Program-made: the position numbers and the translations under genes
The notes under the pieces: model-generated
The model's database searches: none
What the model was told of the DNA's origin: nothing
What the model saw: the letters and a program-made list of their open reading frames with translations, nothing else
In this document: in pieces, positions 26,020 through 38,747 of the stretch
How the letters are laid out: each line of letters opens with the position of its first letter
How positions within the stretch are numbered: the stretch's first letter is position 1
From: Camelus dromedarius
Taxonomy: Eukaryota
Direction: 5' to 3'
DNA: 64,000 bases
NCBI RefSeq assembly: GCF_036321535.1
Contig: NC_087436.1
Span: forward strand, 37,388,001 to 37,452,000

Positions 26020-27300
26020 ATTTTTTTTTCCATTTTGAGATAATTTTACAGAAGAATTACAAAAATGGTAAAGAAAGTTTCTGTTTATTCTTTACCAAGC
26101 TGTTCTTAATGTAAGTATCTTATATAATAATAGTTCAATTATGTCACTAAGAAATGAATACTGGTATGAAAATAAAATGTCTGACTCCATTTTTGATGCT
26201 GACACTGAAAACTTCCAGGTTCACTGTTCCCTTTTCCCTCTTGCTCCATGTCTGGGTGAACTGATTAGAAAGTCTGTGTATTCCCTCCTTTGGTGACAAT
26301 AGGAAGTTTGAACCACACACAAGCCCTGGCCCTGGGAGGGAATCCTCACCCTAGTCCTATCCTGACCACCACAAAACTCAAAGCCATTTGTCCCTGACTT
26401 TGCTCAAGCCGTTTTAGGCCAACTTGAGTACCTTCCCCTGCTTTGCCTAGAAAGCCTCACTCTGTGAGTGATAAAATTTTTCATACCCTTGTAGTGTGAG
26501 TGGCATCCTTACAGATCTCAGCATCTGAACCAATTTTGCATGAGAGGAGGTTATTTGTGTCCTCTGTGGTCAACCATGAAACAACTGATATGACACTAGT
26601 AGTTGAGTTGTAAACTTTATTTGGACTTCATAATTTTTCCACTAATATCCCTTTTTAAAAAAATTCAAGGTTTTATCCAGGATACCACATTACATTTAGT
26701 TGTTGTGTCTTCTTAGTTTCCTTCAATCTGTGACAGTTAAATCTTTCCTTGTCTTTTATGATCTAGACAATTTTATTATGTAGAATGTCCATCTGGATTT
26801 ATTTGTTTGATATATTCTTCTGATTAAATTGATATTATGCATTCTTGGGAAAAATACCACAGGTGATACACTCTTCTGTGTTATATGAGGAGGTTCATGT
26901 TGTCAACATGTCTTATTATTTACTAATGATGTTAATCTTCATCACTTGGTTATGGTGGTTTCTATCAGTTTTCTCTAATATGAAGTTACCACTTTTTCCT
27001 TTGCAATGTATATTTTGAAATTATGTAGGTATACTGTATCTCCGTAATTTACTCCCACTAATTTTAGCATCCATCAGTGGATCTTGCCTGCAGCAGTATT
27101 TTCTGTGGTGTTCTAATAGTGACTTTTCATCACCTTCATTTCTTCCACATGTATTAATAGAAATCTGTAAAGAATATCTGTGCCTTCTCCTGTTTTACTT
27201 ATTCAGTTATTTTTATATAAATATACCTCATTAATATTTATTTTATTCTTTAGGTTATAATTCAAATCTATGATTATTTTTCCACTGCTCAAACTGTAAG
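26020..27300 (-). mobile_element. L1MC-type 3' UTR fragment, interrupted by an LTR
   Basis: ttttgagataatttt...; atccaggataccacattacatttagttgt; cccactaattttagcatccatcagtggatcttgcctgcagca. Confidence 0.75.
26167..26583 (+). mobile_element. ERV1-type solo LTR (MER110-like from memory)
   Basis: tg...aaatgtctgactccatttttgatg...ctgattagaaag...ctccctcctttgg...aca. The host L1MC resumes on both sides, with actggta and actgata at the flanks. Confidence 0.65.
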
Positions 27301-27689
27301 TGCACAATTCTTTAAAATGCACTTTTAAATTTTAAGTTCTTATTTGTTTCCCACAGAAGCGCTATTTCATTTAGCATGGAATCTACTTATTCTATATGAT
27401 CCTTCTCTTTCTGCTGGGACTCCTTTGATGTGTTATTTTTTATGTAGGCTCATTGAGACTCAAATCTGGTTGATGGAAAAATATAATTATTATGTAGATA
27501 GTGGTTATTTGGTATTAATAATTTCAAGTGCTTATTTAATCTAAACATTGCTATGGTCTTAGTACTCATTTTTACATTGGTATTGTCCCAGATTATTATT
27601 AAGAAGAAGAAATATGGAGTTAGGACTCTGTATAGAAAGAAAATATATGTCAAAACTAAAATAGTTATGTAAATATATTTTAATGTCAG

Positions 27690-29200
27690 ATTCTAACCAA
27701 GATGGTGAATTAGTAGGATTACTGTTTCACTCCCATCCCTAAGACTGATGGAAGTTTCCTATGCAGGAAAACGCTAGGAAACAGAAAACTGGGAAGCCCT
27801 TGAGGTGACCAGTGTGTTGTCTGAACTAGTCACGGAGAGGCTGGTGGAAAGTAGTGTGAAAAGTGGTCAGGCAGGGCTGGTAGAAGCACAGAACAGAACT
27901 GTTGAAGTCCTGGTCTTGCTTTCCCTCTGCTTTACTGTTGGACCAGTAGTACCTTCCTCCATACTTGCAGCAAATCACACTCTGGTCCTAGTGTTCTTGG
28001 GAGTAAAATCAGGACATTACAGAAACCCTATGCTTGAGAATAGCTAAGAAATACAACTTTAGGCTAATCAAATTGGCGTATTTACCTCTTTTCAAACTTC
28101 CAAAGCTGAAAATATATGATCTAATTAGTCTCCTCTGCAAAGGCTAAAGTTTTGAACTGAGGAACTGTTTTGTGAATTGAACCATAATTGTCTTTGGTTT
28201 TCTGGTAGTTAAGGCTCTCCGCCTTAGAGCTTATTCAATCTGCCCCATTCCCAAACAAGCACATTTTGAGCTCACTGAAAAGGACTGACATTTGGCTTCC
28301 CAATATGCATTGCCTGATGAAGGTGCCCATTCTCCAGGGGAAAATGAATTTATAGGCAAAAATAAGAAGAGTTTTGAGATGCAAGACTATTTCAAAAGAA
28401 AAATAACATACTAAATTTCAAATTCTATCAGAAGCAGACATATTAAAACAGATGGGTCAAGAATTTAAAATTAGACTAAAAAACCTATTAGAAGAGATGA
28501 GGGTATATATCACTCATATAAAACAAAAACAAAAAACCAGAAAAGAATTAAGCATAGATATGCATAAAATGTAATATTTGAAGTAAAAGACACAATAGAT
28601 GGGCTAGATAGAATGGATATGACTGAGGAACAAATTAACAAATTGGAAGATCAGGTAAGAGAAAATATCCCTGAAAGAGAGGATAAAGATAAAGAATTTT
28701 TATTTTAATGTGTGAGTACGAATATCTGGATAGTGAGAAGTTTAGAAAAAGGGAGAAATAAAAATTGAGAGGAGGTAATATTTGAAAAACTAATGGAGAA
28801 ACATGTTCTTAGAATTAAAAGAAAAAAGATGAAGATCCTCAGATTGAAGAGATCATAGAGTGACAAAGAAGATGATAAAGGGAAAGTCACATTTAGACAA
28901 ATGACAGTAAAATTTAAGAAAATCAAAGACAAAATCTAAAAGTTGATAGAGAAAAAACAGATTACATACAAAGGAACAAGTGTCAAATTTCCATCAGATT
29001 TCTAACAACACTGGAAGCAAGAAGACAATGTCTTTTCAAAGAATTAAAGGAAAAGGAATTTGAACTTAGAATTGTATATCTAGCCTGTCATTCAAGTGTC
29101 AGAACATAATAAAAATATTCTAAGGCCTATAAAAAATTGGCAGCTTGGCCACATCAACACTTTCATTCAAAATGGTTTTTGATCAATTATTTAAATAAGA
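27690..29200 (+). mobile_element. Ancient L1/HAL1 5' end and decayed ORF1
   Basis: ccaagatggtg 5' (YY1-like) motif at ~27697. ORF1-like gaggtaatatttgaaaaactaatggagaaa, cagattgaaaga, cagattacatacaaaggaac and gaacttagaattgtatatctagcc. Confidence 0.65.
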
Positions 29201-29479
29201 AATGATCCTGGGAGAATATAATAAAAAACATATTATATTTGTATATAATTTATTTTATATATTTGAATATAATGTATTTTACCTGATAAAATTTATTTGT
29301 GAAATAAATATCCAAGACCAGGAAAATGAATAAAAAATAACATGATGAGACTTAGGGAATAAGGAAGACAAAGGGATGTGGGATTAAACTATTATTCTTG
29401 CCTTATTATGGTGTCAGTATAAAAATCAAAATTTCTTTTCAGATGTAAGAAAGGTTTCAAAAGGAACAGAAAATGGGAG

Positions 29480-29861
29480 ACTAAAAAATATGTCCATTCA
29501 TATCTGATGCTCCTCTCCTTCAAGGGACATAAGACAGTAAGGTTTCATTCCCTCTCATTCTTCTAAATTAGTTCAGTAAGCTGGCAAAGACAGAGAAATG
29601 AGAATGAAAGTAACATGCACTACTTCCAGACAAAAACATTTCATTTCAGTGTGAGAAAATGCAATTTCCTTTTTCCTGTCTCAGGAATTGGTGAAGCACA
29701 TTTTGAGATGGAGTCTTGGTCAGCCTGGCAACCTGACTAACTATGGTGAGAAGAGCCCCATTACCAAAACTTGTTAATAGCAAATAAACTCTCTATGCAG
29801 AAAATGAGGTCTTGGAGTTGGTTGTTACTGCATTGTACCTGAGCATTTGCTGACTGATACA
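29480..29861 (+). mobile_element. Diverged MLT1I/J-type LTR
   Basis: gaaagtaacatgcactacttccaga...gtcagcctgg...aaataaactct...ttggagttggttgttactgca...ctgactgataca. Confidence 0.65.
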
Positions 29862-30399
29862 AAGATGTCTGGGTCTATTTCTAGGACATTTTTCACCTAT
29901 TTATTTCTATTCCTTAAGAGTTTATCCGAGAAAAGAAATTGTAAAGTCTTGCCAGGTCCCTTCCCTAGTTACCTGACTTCAGTGACTGCCTGATGGAGTG
30001 TTGGGCTACACCTAGCAACTCTTAGATGCCCTTCTAAGGAGTATGTGAGTTCTCCCTGAGCCAAGGAATTCTGATAAACCTCTACCCTTAATAACTAAAG
30101 ACCAAAATCTTTGCTTTTTTTGCTTAGAAACATAGTATTATGTGTTTTGTAAGATCCAACAGGTCTTTGAACAAGGTCCTCCAAAGAGCTGTGTGGCAGT
30201 GCCCTCTAGAGGGAGTGCTGAGCAATAAAGGGAACCAGGCTGTTTCACTCTGAGAAGGTGCCAGAGGTAGGACAGCAAGTACTTTTGGGAGTTGCTGGCC
30301 AGATAAATGATGAAAAAAATGATCACTAGAAGATTCGGTTTTTGGTGAGATTACTTGTGCTACGAGAAATTGCTGAGAAGTACTGTTGAAAACATATTG

Positions 30400-30712
30400 C
30401 TAGAGCTGTGCATCTCAAACATGAATGGGCAGGTGAATCACTGGGGAATCTTGTTAAAACACAGACTAATGCAGTGCATCTGGGGCTGGGGTAGGGCAAG
30501 ATTGAACATTTCTAACAAGCTCGCAAGTAATGCCAAGGGCACTGGTCCTCAGACTGCACTTTCGGTAGTCAGGAGCTGGTGTAATTTTTCTCACCCATAG
30601 ATACACATTCAGATCTTCTGGACAGCTGTAGAAACAATATTGTCATCCCTAGATATTCTGATTTAATTTATCTGGGAGTGTCCTAGCATCAAGATCTTTA
30701 GAGGCTCCCCCC
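30400..30712. mobile_element. Two adjacent MER5-family (hAT-Charlie) MITE remnants
   Basis: tctcaaacat...gaatcactggggaatcttgttaaaacacaga...catttctaacaagctc...ctggtcctcagactgcacttt. Second piece: attctgatttaatttatctggg. Confidence 0.7.
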
Positions 30713-33626
30713 TTTCTTATCTAAAAGGGTATTAATAATTTTACCTCATCAAAAGGAATTATGTAATCAAATGGCCAAATAATATGTCCTTTGCATGTGT
30801 TCCTCCTCAACAATTTAGCATACACCCATGGACAAAAGTAGATACTAAAAGGGCTTTGTAACTGAGTAAAGGCCATTTAGACAGGACAACTGCTACCATC
30901 ATACTAAACAGTGAGAAGCTGATAGCTTCTCCTGTAAGATCAGGAACAAGACAGGAATGCCCACTCTCACCACTTGTATTAAACATAATATCAGAAGTCC
31001 TAGCCAAAGCAATTAAGCAAGAAAAGAAATGAAAAGCATCCAAATCAGAAAGGAGTAAGTAAAACTGTATCTGTTTGCAAGTTATGTATTATGTTATATA
31101 TAGAAAAACTCTAAAGACTTCACCAAAAGACTTTTATAATAAATGAAGTCAGTAAAGTTGCAAGATACAAAATCAACATACAAAAAAAATCTGTTGCTTT
31201 TCTGTACACTAATGACAAAATAACTGAATGAGAAATAAAGAAAAAATCCCATTTACAGTAGCATCAAAAATAATAAAGTACTGATTCATTCTGGGAAAAA
31301 ATAGCAAAGTAGGAGATCCTAGATTCCCATTATCCCCACAAAGATCAATAATTAGACAGCTATCCACAAACAAAAACAGCTCTCAGAGATTTCACTTAGG
31401 TAGTTTTAGCAACACCATGGAACAACAAAACAAAACAAAGAAACAAAAAACTCCAAAAAAACGAGAGTAATCGCACAAGAAGAGAAGAAACACAACTTCA
31501 TTTTGCCTGTATCACCCTATCCCCTAAACTGCCATTATTTAGTATCAAGAAGGAACTTCCAGCTATAAAGAGTTCCTCTCATCAGGAAAGGAAGAATAGG
31601 GTGAGTGACTAGCTTCTCTCTCAGCACTGCATAAAAGTTCAGCTTTGGTTTCATCCCACCCAAATCAACAAAGAGAGCTGATCAGGAACAAGAAAAAGCA
31701 GAGGCTATTATTAGCAAACACATAGCAGGAGAGACTGTGGTTCACAGAGAACTGCCCTGCAGACAAACTAGCAGCTTTTGAAATGGAAAAAGTCACCAGA
31801 CAGCTACAAAGTTCTTACCAGCTTCTCCACAGGTATTTACGTTTGCTAACACCAGCCTTACCTAAATTCCTCTCTGCTTTCACCCCACCCAACCCTTCAC
31901 CCTACTCACCCCCACCAGAGCCCAGGCCCACACAGACGGCCATCCAAGCTCTCTATGACTGTGCGATTTTAAAATGTCAGACAGCTAAGTCTCTCCCTCT
32001 CCCCCACCAAACCCTGGGAGCTATGCTGGTAGCCAGCTCAGCCTGTTCCAGTAGCATGAGTGCAAGAAACCAGCCTAGACCCCCTCCTTCCCTTACCCCC
32101 ACCAGAATGTCCACACTTGGGGCTAGACCCTCAAACTGTGCACCCCCATACTGCTGGTCTGATGCCCCAAATTGGCCTCTACTGCAGCATGAGTGCACAT
32201 AGGAGAGTTGGCTCCAGCCCTTGCTACCTGCCCTGTCTTCAATCACTACAAATGTGTCTATAAGTGATCTCTGCCACTACATAAGAAGCCGTTCCGCTGC
32301 CTGCCCTGGTACCTAGGTACTAATCCTGGAGGTGTTGCTGAGGATTCCCAACAGCCCTTGCAGCTACCACAGTCCCCTCACAGTGCTCACCAGGGATCAC
32401 ACAGATGTCAATACTGTGGACTTCAGTGGCCTGAGCTGAACAGACATCAAACCACCCTCAGACCCAGTGCCATCCCATCCCCTACACTTGGTGCTGTGCA
32501 CCACTAGACTCAGGGTCATAGCACACATAGCTAGTGTGCCCCTATCCGCTGGTGAAAGGCTTCCCTTGTTGAAATTAGTTAATTAAGTCTAAAAGAGGTA
32601 ACTGCTTCTTTAGATGTGCAGATACCTATGCTAGGGTACAGGATAACAAAGAATCAGGGAAACATGTCTCCACCAGGAAAGACAATAAACCCCCAGCAAC
32701 TGATCCCAAAGAAATGGAGATTCAGGAATTTCCCAACAAATGATTCAAAGTAATTGCTCTACAGATGCTCAGAGAGCTAGAAGAAAACAGAGATAAGCAA
32801 TTTAATATGAGAAAAGTAATACAAGAACAAAATGAGAAGCTCAACAAACATGTAGAAAACATAAAAAAAAAAATTTTGGAGCTGAATAATACAGTGACTG
32901 AATTGAAGAAATCAATAGAGAGCTTCAACAGCAGACTTGAACAAACCAAAGAGAATCAGTGAGCTAAAAGACACATCGGCTGAAATTATATAATTAGAAA
33001 AGAAAAAAGAAATTAATCATTTAAAAAATGAAGAAAGCTATGGGAGTCACAGACTCAATCAAAATAATGTATGCGTTACTGGAGTCCCAAAAGGAGAAAT
33101 GAGGGAGAAAAGGAATTTAGAAATTTGTTAATGAATACAGTATTTTAAAAGTATAAATGGTAACATCAAAAATATAAGGGGGTAAAAAATATAATTTTTT
33201 GTATGTGATAAAAGTTAAATTGTTATGAATTTAAAAGCCTATTATACCTATAAGATATTTTATGTAAACCTGAGAACCACAAAGCAAAAATTTACAATAA
33301 ATAGATACACCAAAAAATGAAGAGAAAGGAATCAAATCACTGCAGAAAACCATCAGTTTAAAAAGAAAGGCAGTAAAAAAGGGAGAAAAAAAGGAACTAT
33401 AAAATATCCAGAAGACAATTAATAGTGGCACTAATAAGTTTTTTCATACCAGAAGTTACTTTATGTTAATGAATTGAATTCTACAATGAAAAGGCACAGA
33501 GTGACTAGATGGATAAAAAATAAGACCGAACTATATAATGCCTACAAGAGACTTATCTCAGCTCTAAGGACACAGACAGATTCAAATAAAGAGATGGCAA
33601 AAGATATTCCATGCATGTGGAAACCA

Positions 33627-35030
33627 TAGGCATAATACTGTTTTATATAAATTGTAGCAATATTTTTGATCTGTCTCCTAATGCAAAGGAAATAAAAGAA
33701 AAATAAACAAATGAAACCTAATTAAACTTAAAAGCTTTTGCACAGCAAAGGAAAGCTACTGAATAAGAGAAAATATTTGCAAATGATATGACTGATAAGG
33801 GGTTAATATCCAAATTATATAAACAGCTCATACTATACGATATCACTTATATGTGGAATTTTAAAAATACAAGAAACTAGTGAATATAACAAGAAGCTGA
33901 TTCACAGATATAGAGAACAAACTAGTTGGGAGAGGGGAGGGGGAGGGGCAAAATAGGGGTTGGGGATTAAGAGGTACAAATTATTATATATAAAATGAGC
34001 TATAAGACTATCTTGTACAACACAAGGAATATAGCTAATTTTTATAACTAAATAGAGTATAACCTTTAAAAATTGTGGATCACTATTGTTCAAATGACTC
34101 AATATCAAAAAAACATACTATCCAATTAAAAAATGGGCTGAAGACCTGGATAGACGTTTTTCTAAAAAAGACATATAGATGGCCAACAGGCACATGAAAA
34201 AATGCTCGATGTTACTAATCATCAAAGAAATGCAAATCAAAACCACAAAGAGATATCACCTCAAATATGTGAGAATGCCTGTCATCAAAAAAGTCCACAA
34301 ATAACAAATGTTGGTGAGGATGCAGAGAAAAGGGAACCCTAGCATACTGTTTGCGGGAATGTAAACTGGTGCAGCTACTATGGAAAACAGTATAGAAATA
34401 CTTCAAAAAAACCTAAAAATGGAACTACCATAGATCCAGCATTTCCACTCCAAATGAAAACACTAATTTGAACAGATTCATGCACCTCAATGTTCATAGC
34501 AGCATTATATTTTCAACAGTCAAGATATGAAAGCAAGGTAAGTGTCCAACAACAGATGAATGGATAAAAAAAAAATTATATATATATATATATGTATATA
34601 AAGCTCAACCCTTAAAAAGAATGAAATTTTGTCATTTGCAACAACATAGATGGACCTTGAGGGTATTATGCTAGTGAAATAAGTCAGACAGAGAAAGACA
34701 AATACTGTATGCTATCCCTTATATGTGGAATCTAAAAAATAAAACAGATGAATAAGTACAACAAAGCAGAAATTGATTCACAATATAGAGAATAAACTAG
34801 TGGTTAGCAGCAGGGATAGGGAAGGGGGAGGGACAAGATGGGGGCTGGAAATTAAGGGGAACAAACTGTGTATAAAATAAATACGCTACAAAAATATATT
34901 TTATGGCACAGAGAATATAGCCAATATTTTAATAATAACTTCAAATGGAGCACAATTTATAAAAATATTGAATCATTATATTCTACACATGAAACTAATA
35001 TAAATCAATTGTACTTCAATAATTAAAAAA
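33627..35030 (+). mobile_element. 5'-truncated L1 3' portion nested in the endonuclease region of the full-length L1
   Basis: ORF2 C-terminal and 3' UTR sequence ending cttcaataattaaaaaaa. Host EN sequence is duplicated on both sides. Confidence 0.88.
33833..34092 (+). mobile_element. Tail-less L1 3' UTR segment embedded in the ORF2 region of the 33627-35030 element
   Basis: Homologous to 34703-34980. It interrupts the usual aaacagctcatac|aactcaatatc. Confidence 0.8.
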
Positions 35031-36440
35031 AGTGAAGGAATAGCAAAAAAAATATTCCATGTGTGTAGAAACCAAAAGTGAGCAGGGGTAGCTATACTAA
35101 CAGCAGAAATTTGAAGTCAAAAAAATTTAAGCCAAAAATATTAACAAGAGACAAAGACAGTCATTATATAATGATAAAGCTGTCAATTCATCAAGATATG
35201 GCACTCATAAGTATACATGCCCCAATATTAGAATGCTTAATATATTAAGCAAATATTAACAGCTCTGAAGGAGAAATAAACAACAATAATAGTAACGGAC
35301 TTCAGTATCCCACTTCCAACAACAGATGGATCATCCAGACAATCAGCAAGTAGGACCCGAACTATACTTTAGACTAAATACCTAACAGATACATACAGAA
35401 CATTTAATCCAGTAGCAGCAGAATACACATTCTTCAGCACACTCAGAACATTTTGCCGGATAAGTCACGTGATATGTGCCAAAACAAGTCTTGGCAAATT
35501 TAAGAAGATTAAAATCATGCCAAATATCTTTTCTGATAACAGTGGTATGAAATTAGACATCAACAACAGGAGGAAAGCTAGACAATTCATAAATATGTGG
35601 AGATTAAACAATATGCTACTAAATAACCAATGGGTCAAAGAAAAAAATCAAAAGGGAAATCAAGAAATATTTTAAAATAAAGGGAAATAGAATCACATAT
35701 CAAAAGCTATGGGATGCTGTAAAGCAGTTCTGCAAGAAAGTTTATAGTAATAAATGCCTACTTTAAGAAATAAGAAAGATCTCAAATAAACAACATCACT
35801 TTACACCTCAAAGAACTAGAAACAGAACAAACTAAGTCCAAAGTTAGTACATGGAAGGAAATAAAAAAGATCAAAGCAGAAATAAATAAAATAGAGACCA
35901 GAAGAACAATTGAAAAGATCAACGAAACTAAGTTTTTTTTTAAAAGGTAAACAAAATTAACAAATGTTAGCTAGACTAACTCAGTAAAACAGAGATCTCA
36001 AATAAATAAAATTAGAAATAAAAAAGAGAATTCAACTAATACCAGAGAAATACAAAGAATCATGACAGACTACTATTAACAATTATACACCAATAAACTG
36101 AATAACCTAGAAGAAATGGATAAACTTCTAGATATATACAACTTACCAAAACTGAATCATAGAAACAGAAAATCTGAACAGACCAATATTAGGTAAGGAG
36201 GTTGAATCAGTTATTTTAAAAAGCCTCCCCAAACAGAAAAACCCAGGACCAGATTGTTTCACTGGTGAATTCTACCAAACATTTAAAGAATTAATGCCAA
36301 TCCTTCATCTACTCCTCCAAAAAACTGAAGAGAAAGGAATACTCCCAAACTCATTTTATGAGGCCAGCATTACCTGGACCAAAGCCAGATGGGGAATATT
36401 ACATGAAAAGAAAGTTACAGACCAATATACCTGATGAATA

Positions 36441-36662
36441 CAGCTGAACTTTGAACAATATGGATTTGAACTGTGTGGGTCCACTTACACATAGGCTTTT
36501 TTCAAAATAAATATGTACTACAGTACTACACAATCTTTGATTAGTTGAAACCACAGATATGGAATTACAGATACAGAGGACCAACCATAAAGTTATACAG
36601 AGATTTTCAACTTTACAGGGGATTAGTGCCCCTAACACCTACATGGGTTCAAGGGTCAACTG
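36441..36662. mobile_element. Tigger2a-type (Tc1/mariner) MITE inserted in L1 ORF2
   Basis: TIRs cagctgaactttgaac and gttcaagggtcaactg. TA duplication at 36439-36440 and 36663-36664. Confidence 0.92.
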
Positions 36663-38691
36663 TACAGGTGCAAAAATTCTCAATAAAATCTTAACAAACC
36701 AAATTTAACAGCACATTATAAGAATTATTCACTATAATAAGGTGGATTTTATTCCTAGGATACAAGGATGGTTTAACATCCACAAGAGCAATGTTATAAA
36801 CCACATTAACAAAATGAAGGATAAAAATTATTTGGTCATCTCAACAGATGCAGAAAAGCATTTCACAAAGTACAAAAATCCTTTCATGATATAATCACTC
36901 AGAATGGGTAGGAAGAATATACCTCAACAAAATAAAAGCTATATATGACAAACTCATAGCCTACCATCATACTCAATGGTGAAATGTTAAAATCTTCTGC
37001 TCTAATATCAGGAACAATAAAAGGGTGCCCACTCTCACCACTCCTATTCAACACAGTATTGGAAATCCTAACCAGGGAAATCAGGGGGAAAAAAATAAAA
37101 ATAAAAGGCTTCCAAACAGGAAAGGAAGAAGTAAAATAATTTTTTTAGATGATACAATCTTATACATAGAAAATCCCAAAGACTCCACAAAACACTGCTA
37201 GATCTAATTTAAAAATTCAGTAGAGTTGCAAGATATAAAGTCAATATATAGAAAAACACTTAAACATACTAACAATAGTATATTCAACCAAGAATAAAAT
37301 AAGTGAAAAAGAAAGAAAATAATCTCAATCACAATAGCATCAAAAACAGTAAAATACTTAGGAATAAATCTAACCAAGGTGAACGATCTTTGAATTGAAA
37401 ACTACAAGACTTTGATGGAACAAATTGGAAACACAAACAAATGGAAAGTTATCTTGTGTTCACGGATTGGAGGAATTAATATTGTTAAAATGTCTGCACT
37501 ACCTGAAGCCATCTCTGGATTCAATGCAATTCCAATGGCGTTTTTCACAGAAATAGAAAAAACAATTCTAAAATTTGTATGGAGCCATAAAAGGCCCCAG
37601 TAGCCAAAGAAATCCTAAGATGAAAACACAGCTGAAGGCTTCACACTTCCTGATTTCAAACTGAACTACAAAGCTACTGTAGTCAAAGCATACTGGCATA
37701 AAAATAAACACATAGATGAAAGGAACAGGACTGAGAGCCCATAAATAACCCCCCACATACTCAGTCAACTAATATTGGACAAGGGAGCCAGGGAGATACT
37801 CAACGGAGAAATGTCTCTTTAATAAATGGTGTTGGGAAAACTGGACAGCCACATGAAGAATGAAATTGACCCCCTATCTTGAAACTGACAACCACTCAGA
37901 AAAGTAAGCTCAAAATGAATTAAAGACTTAAATTTAAGTTCTGAAACAGTAAAAGTCCTAGAAGAAAATGGAGTAACCTCCTTGACATTAGTCTTGCCAG
38001 TGATTCACTGAATATGACAGCAAAAGCACAAGTGACAAAAGCAAAAATCAACAAGTAGGACTACATTAAACTAAAAAAGCTTCTGTATATAAAATAAACA
38101 ACCAATAAAGTGAAAAGGCAACCTTTAGAATGGAAGAAAATATCTGTAAATTATAGATGATAAAGGGTTAACAGCCAAAATATATAAAGAACTCACAATT
38201 CAATAGTGAAAAAAGATAACCACCCAGTTAAAAAATAGGTAAAGGAACTGAATAGACAGTTTTCCAAGAATATGGCCATGCAAATGGCCAACAGGTACAT
38301 GTATAGGTGCTCAATATCACTAATCACTAGGGAAATACAAGTAAAAAACATGAGGTATCACCTAATACCAGTTAGAATGGTTTTCATTAAAAAAAGACAG
38401 GAGCTAACAAATGTTGGTGAGGGGATACAGAAAAGGGAACCCTAATGCACTGTTTGTAGGAATCTAAATTGGTACAACCACTATGGAAAACAGTAGGGAT
38501 GTCCTAAAAAAAATTAAAAATAGAGATACCATATGATCCAGCAATCAACTTTTGCGTATATATCCAAAGAAACTGAAATCAGTATCTTGTAGTAATATCT
38601 GCACTCTCACGTTCATTGCAGTGGTAATCACAACAGCAAACTCATGGAAACAACCTAAGTGTCCTTCAAAAGATGAATGGATAAAGACGTG

Positions 38692-38693
<2 letters not shown>

Positions 38694-38744
<51 letters not shown>
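38694..38744. repeat. Perfect (CA)25 microsatellite in an L1 3' region
   Basis: Uninterrupted acacac... run. Confidence 0.98.

Positions 38745-38747
<3 letters not shown>

Noticed and set aside
31783..32263. Pro-rich 139-aa ORF and neighbours
   Set aside because: They lie in the C-rich L1 5' UTR, with no recognisable protein and no splice evidence.
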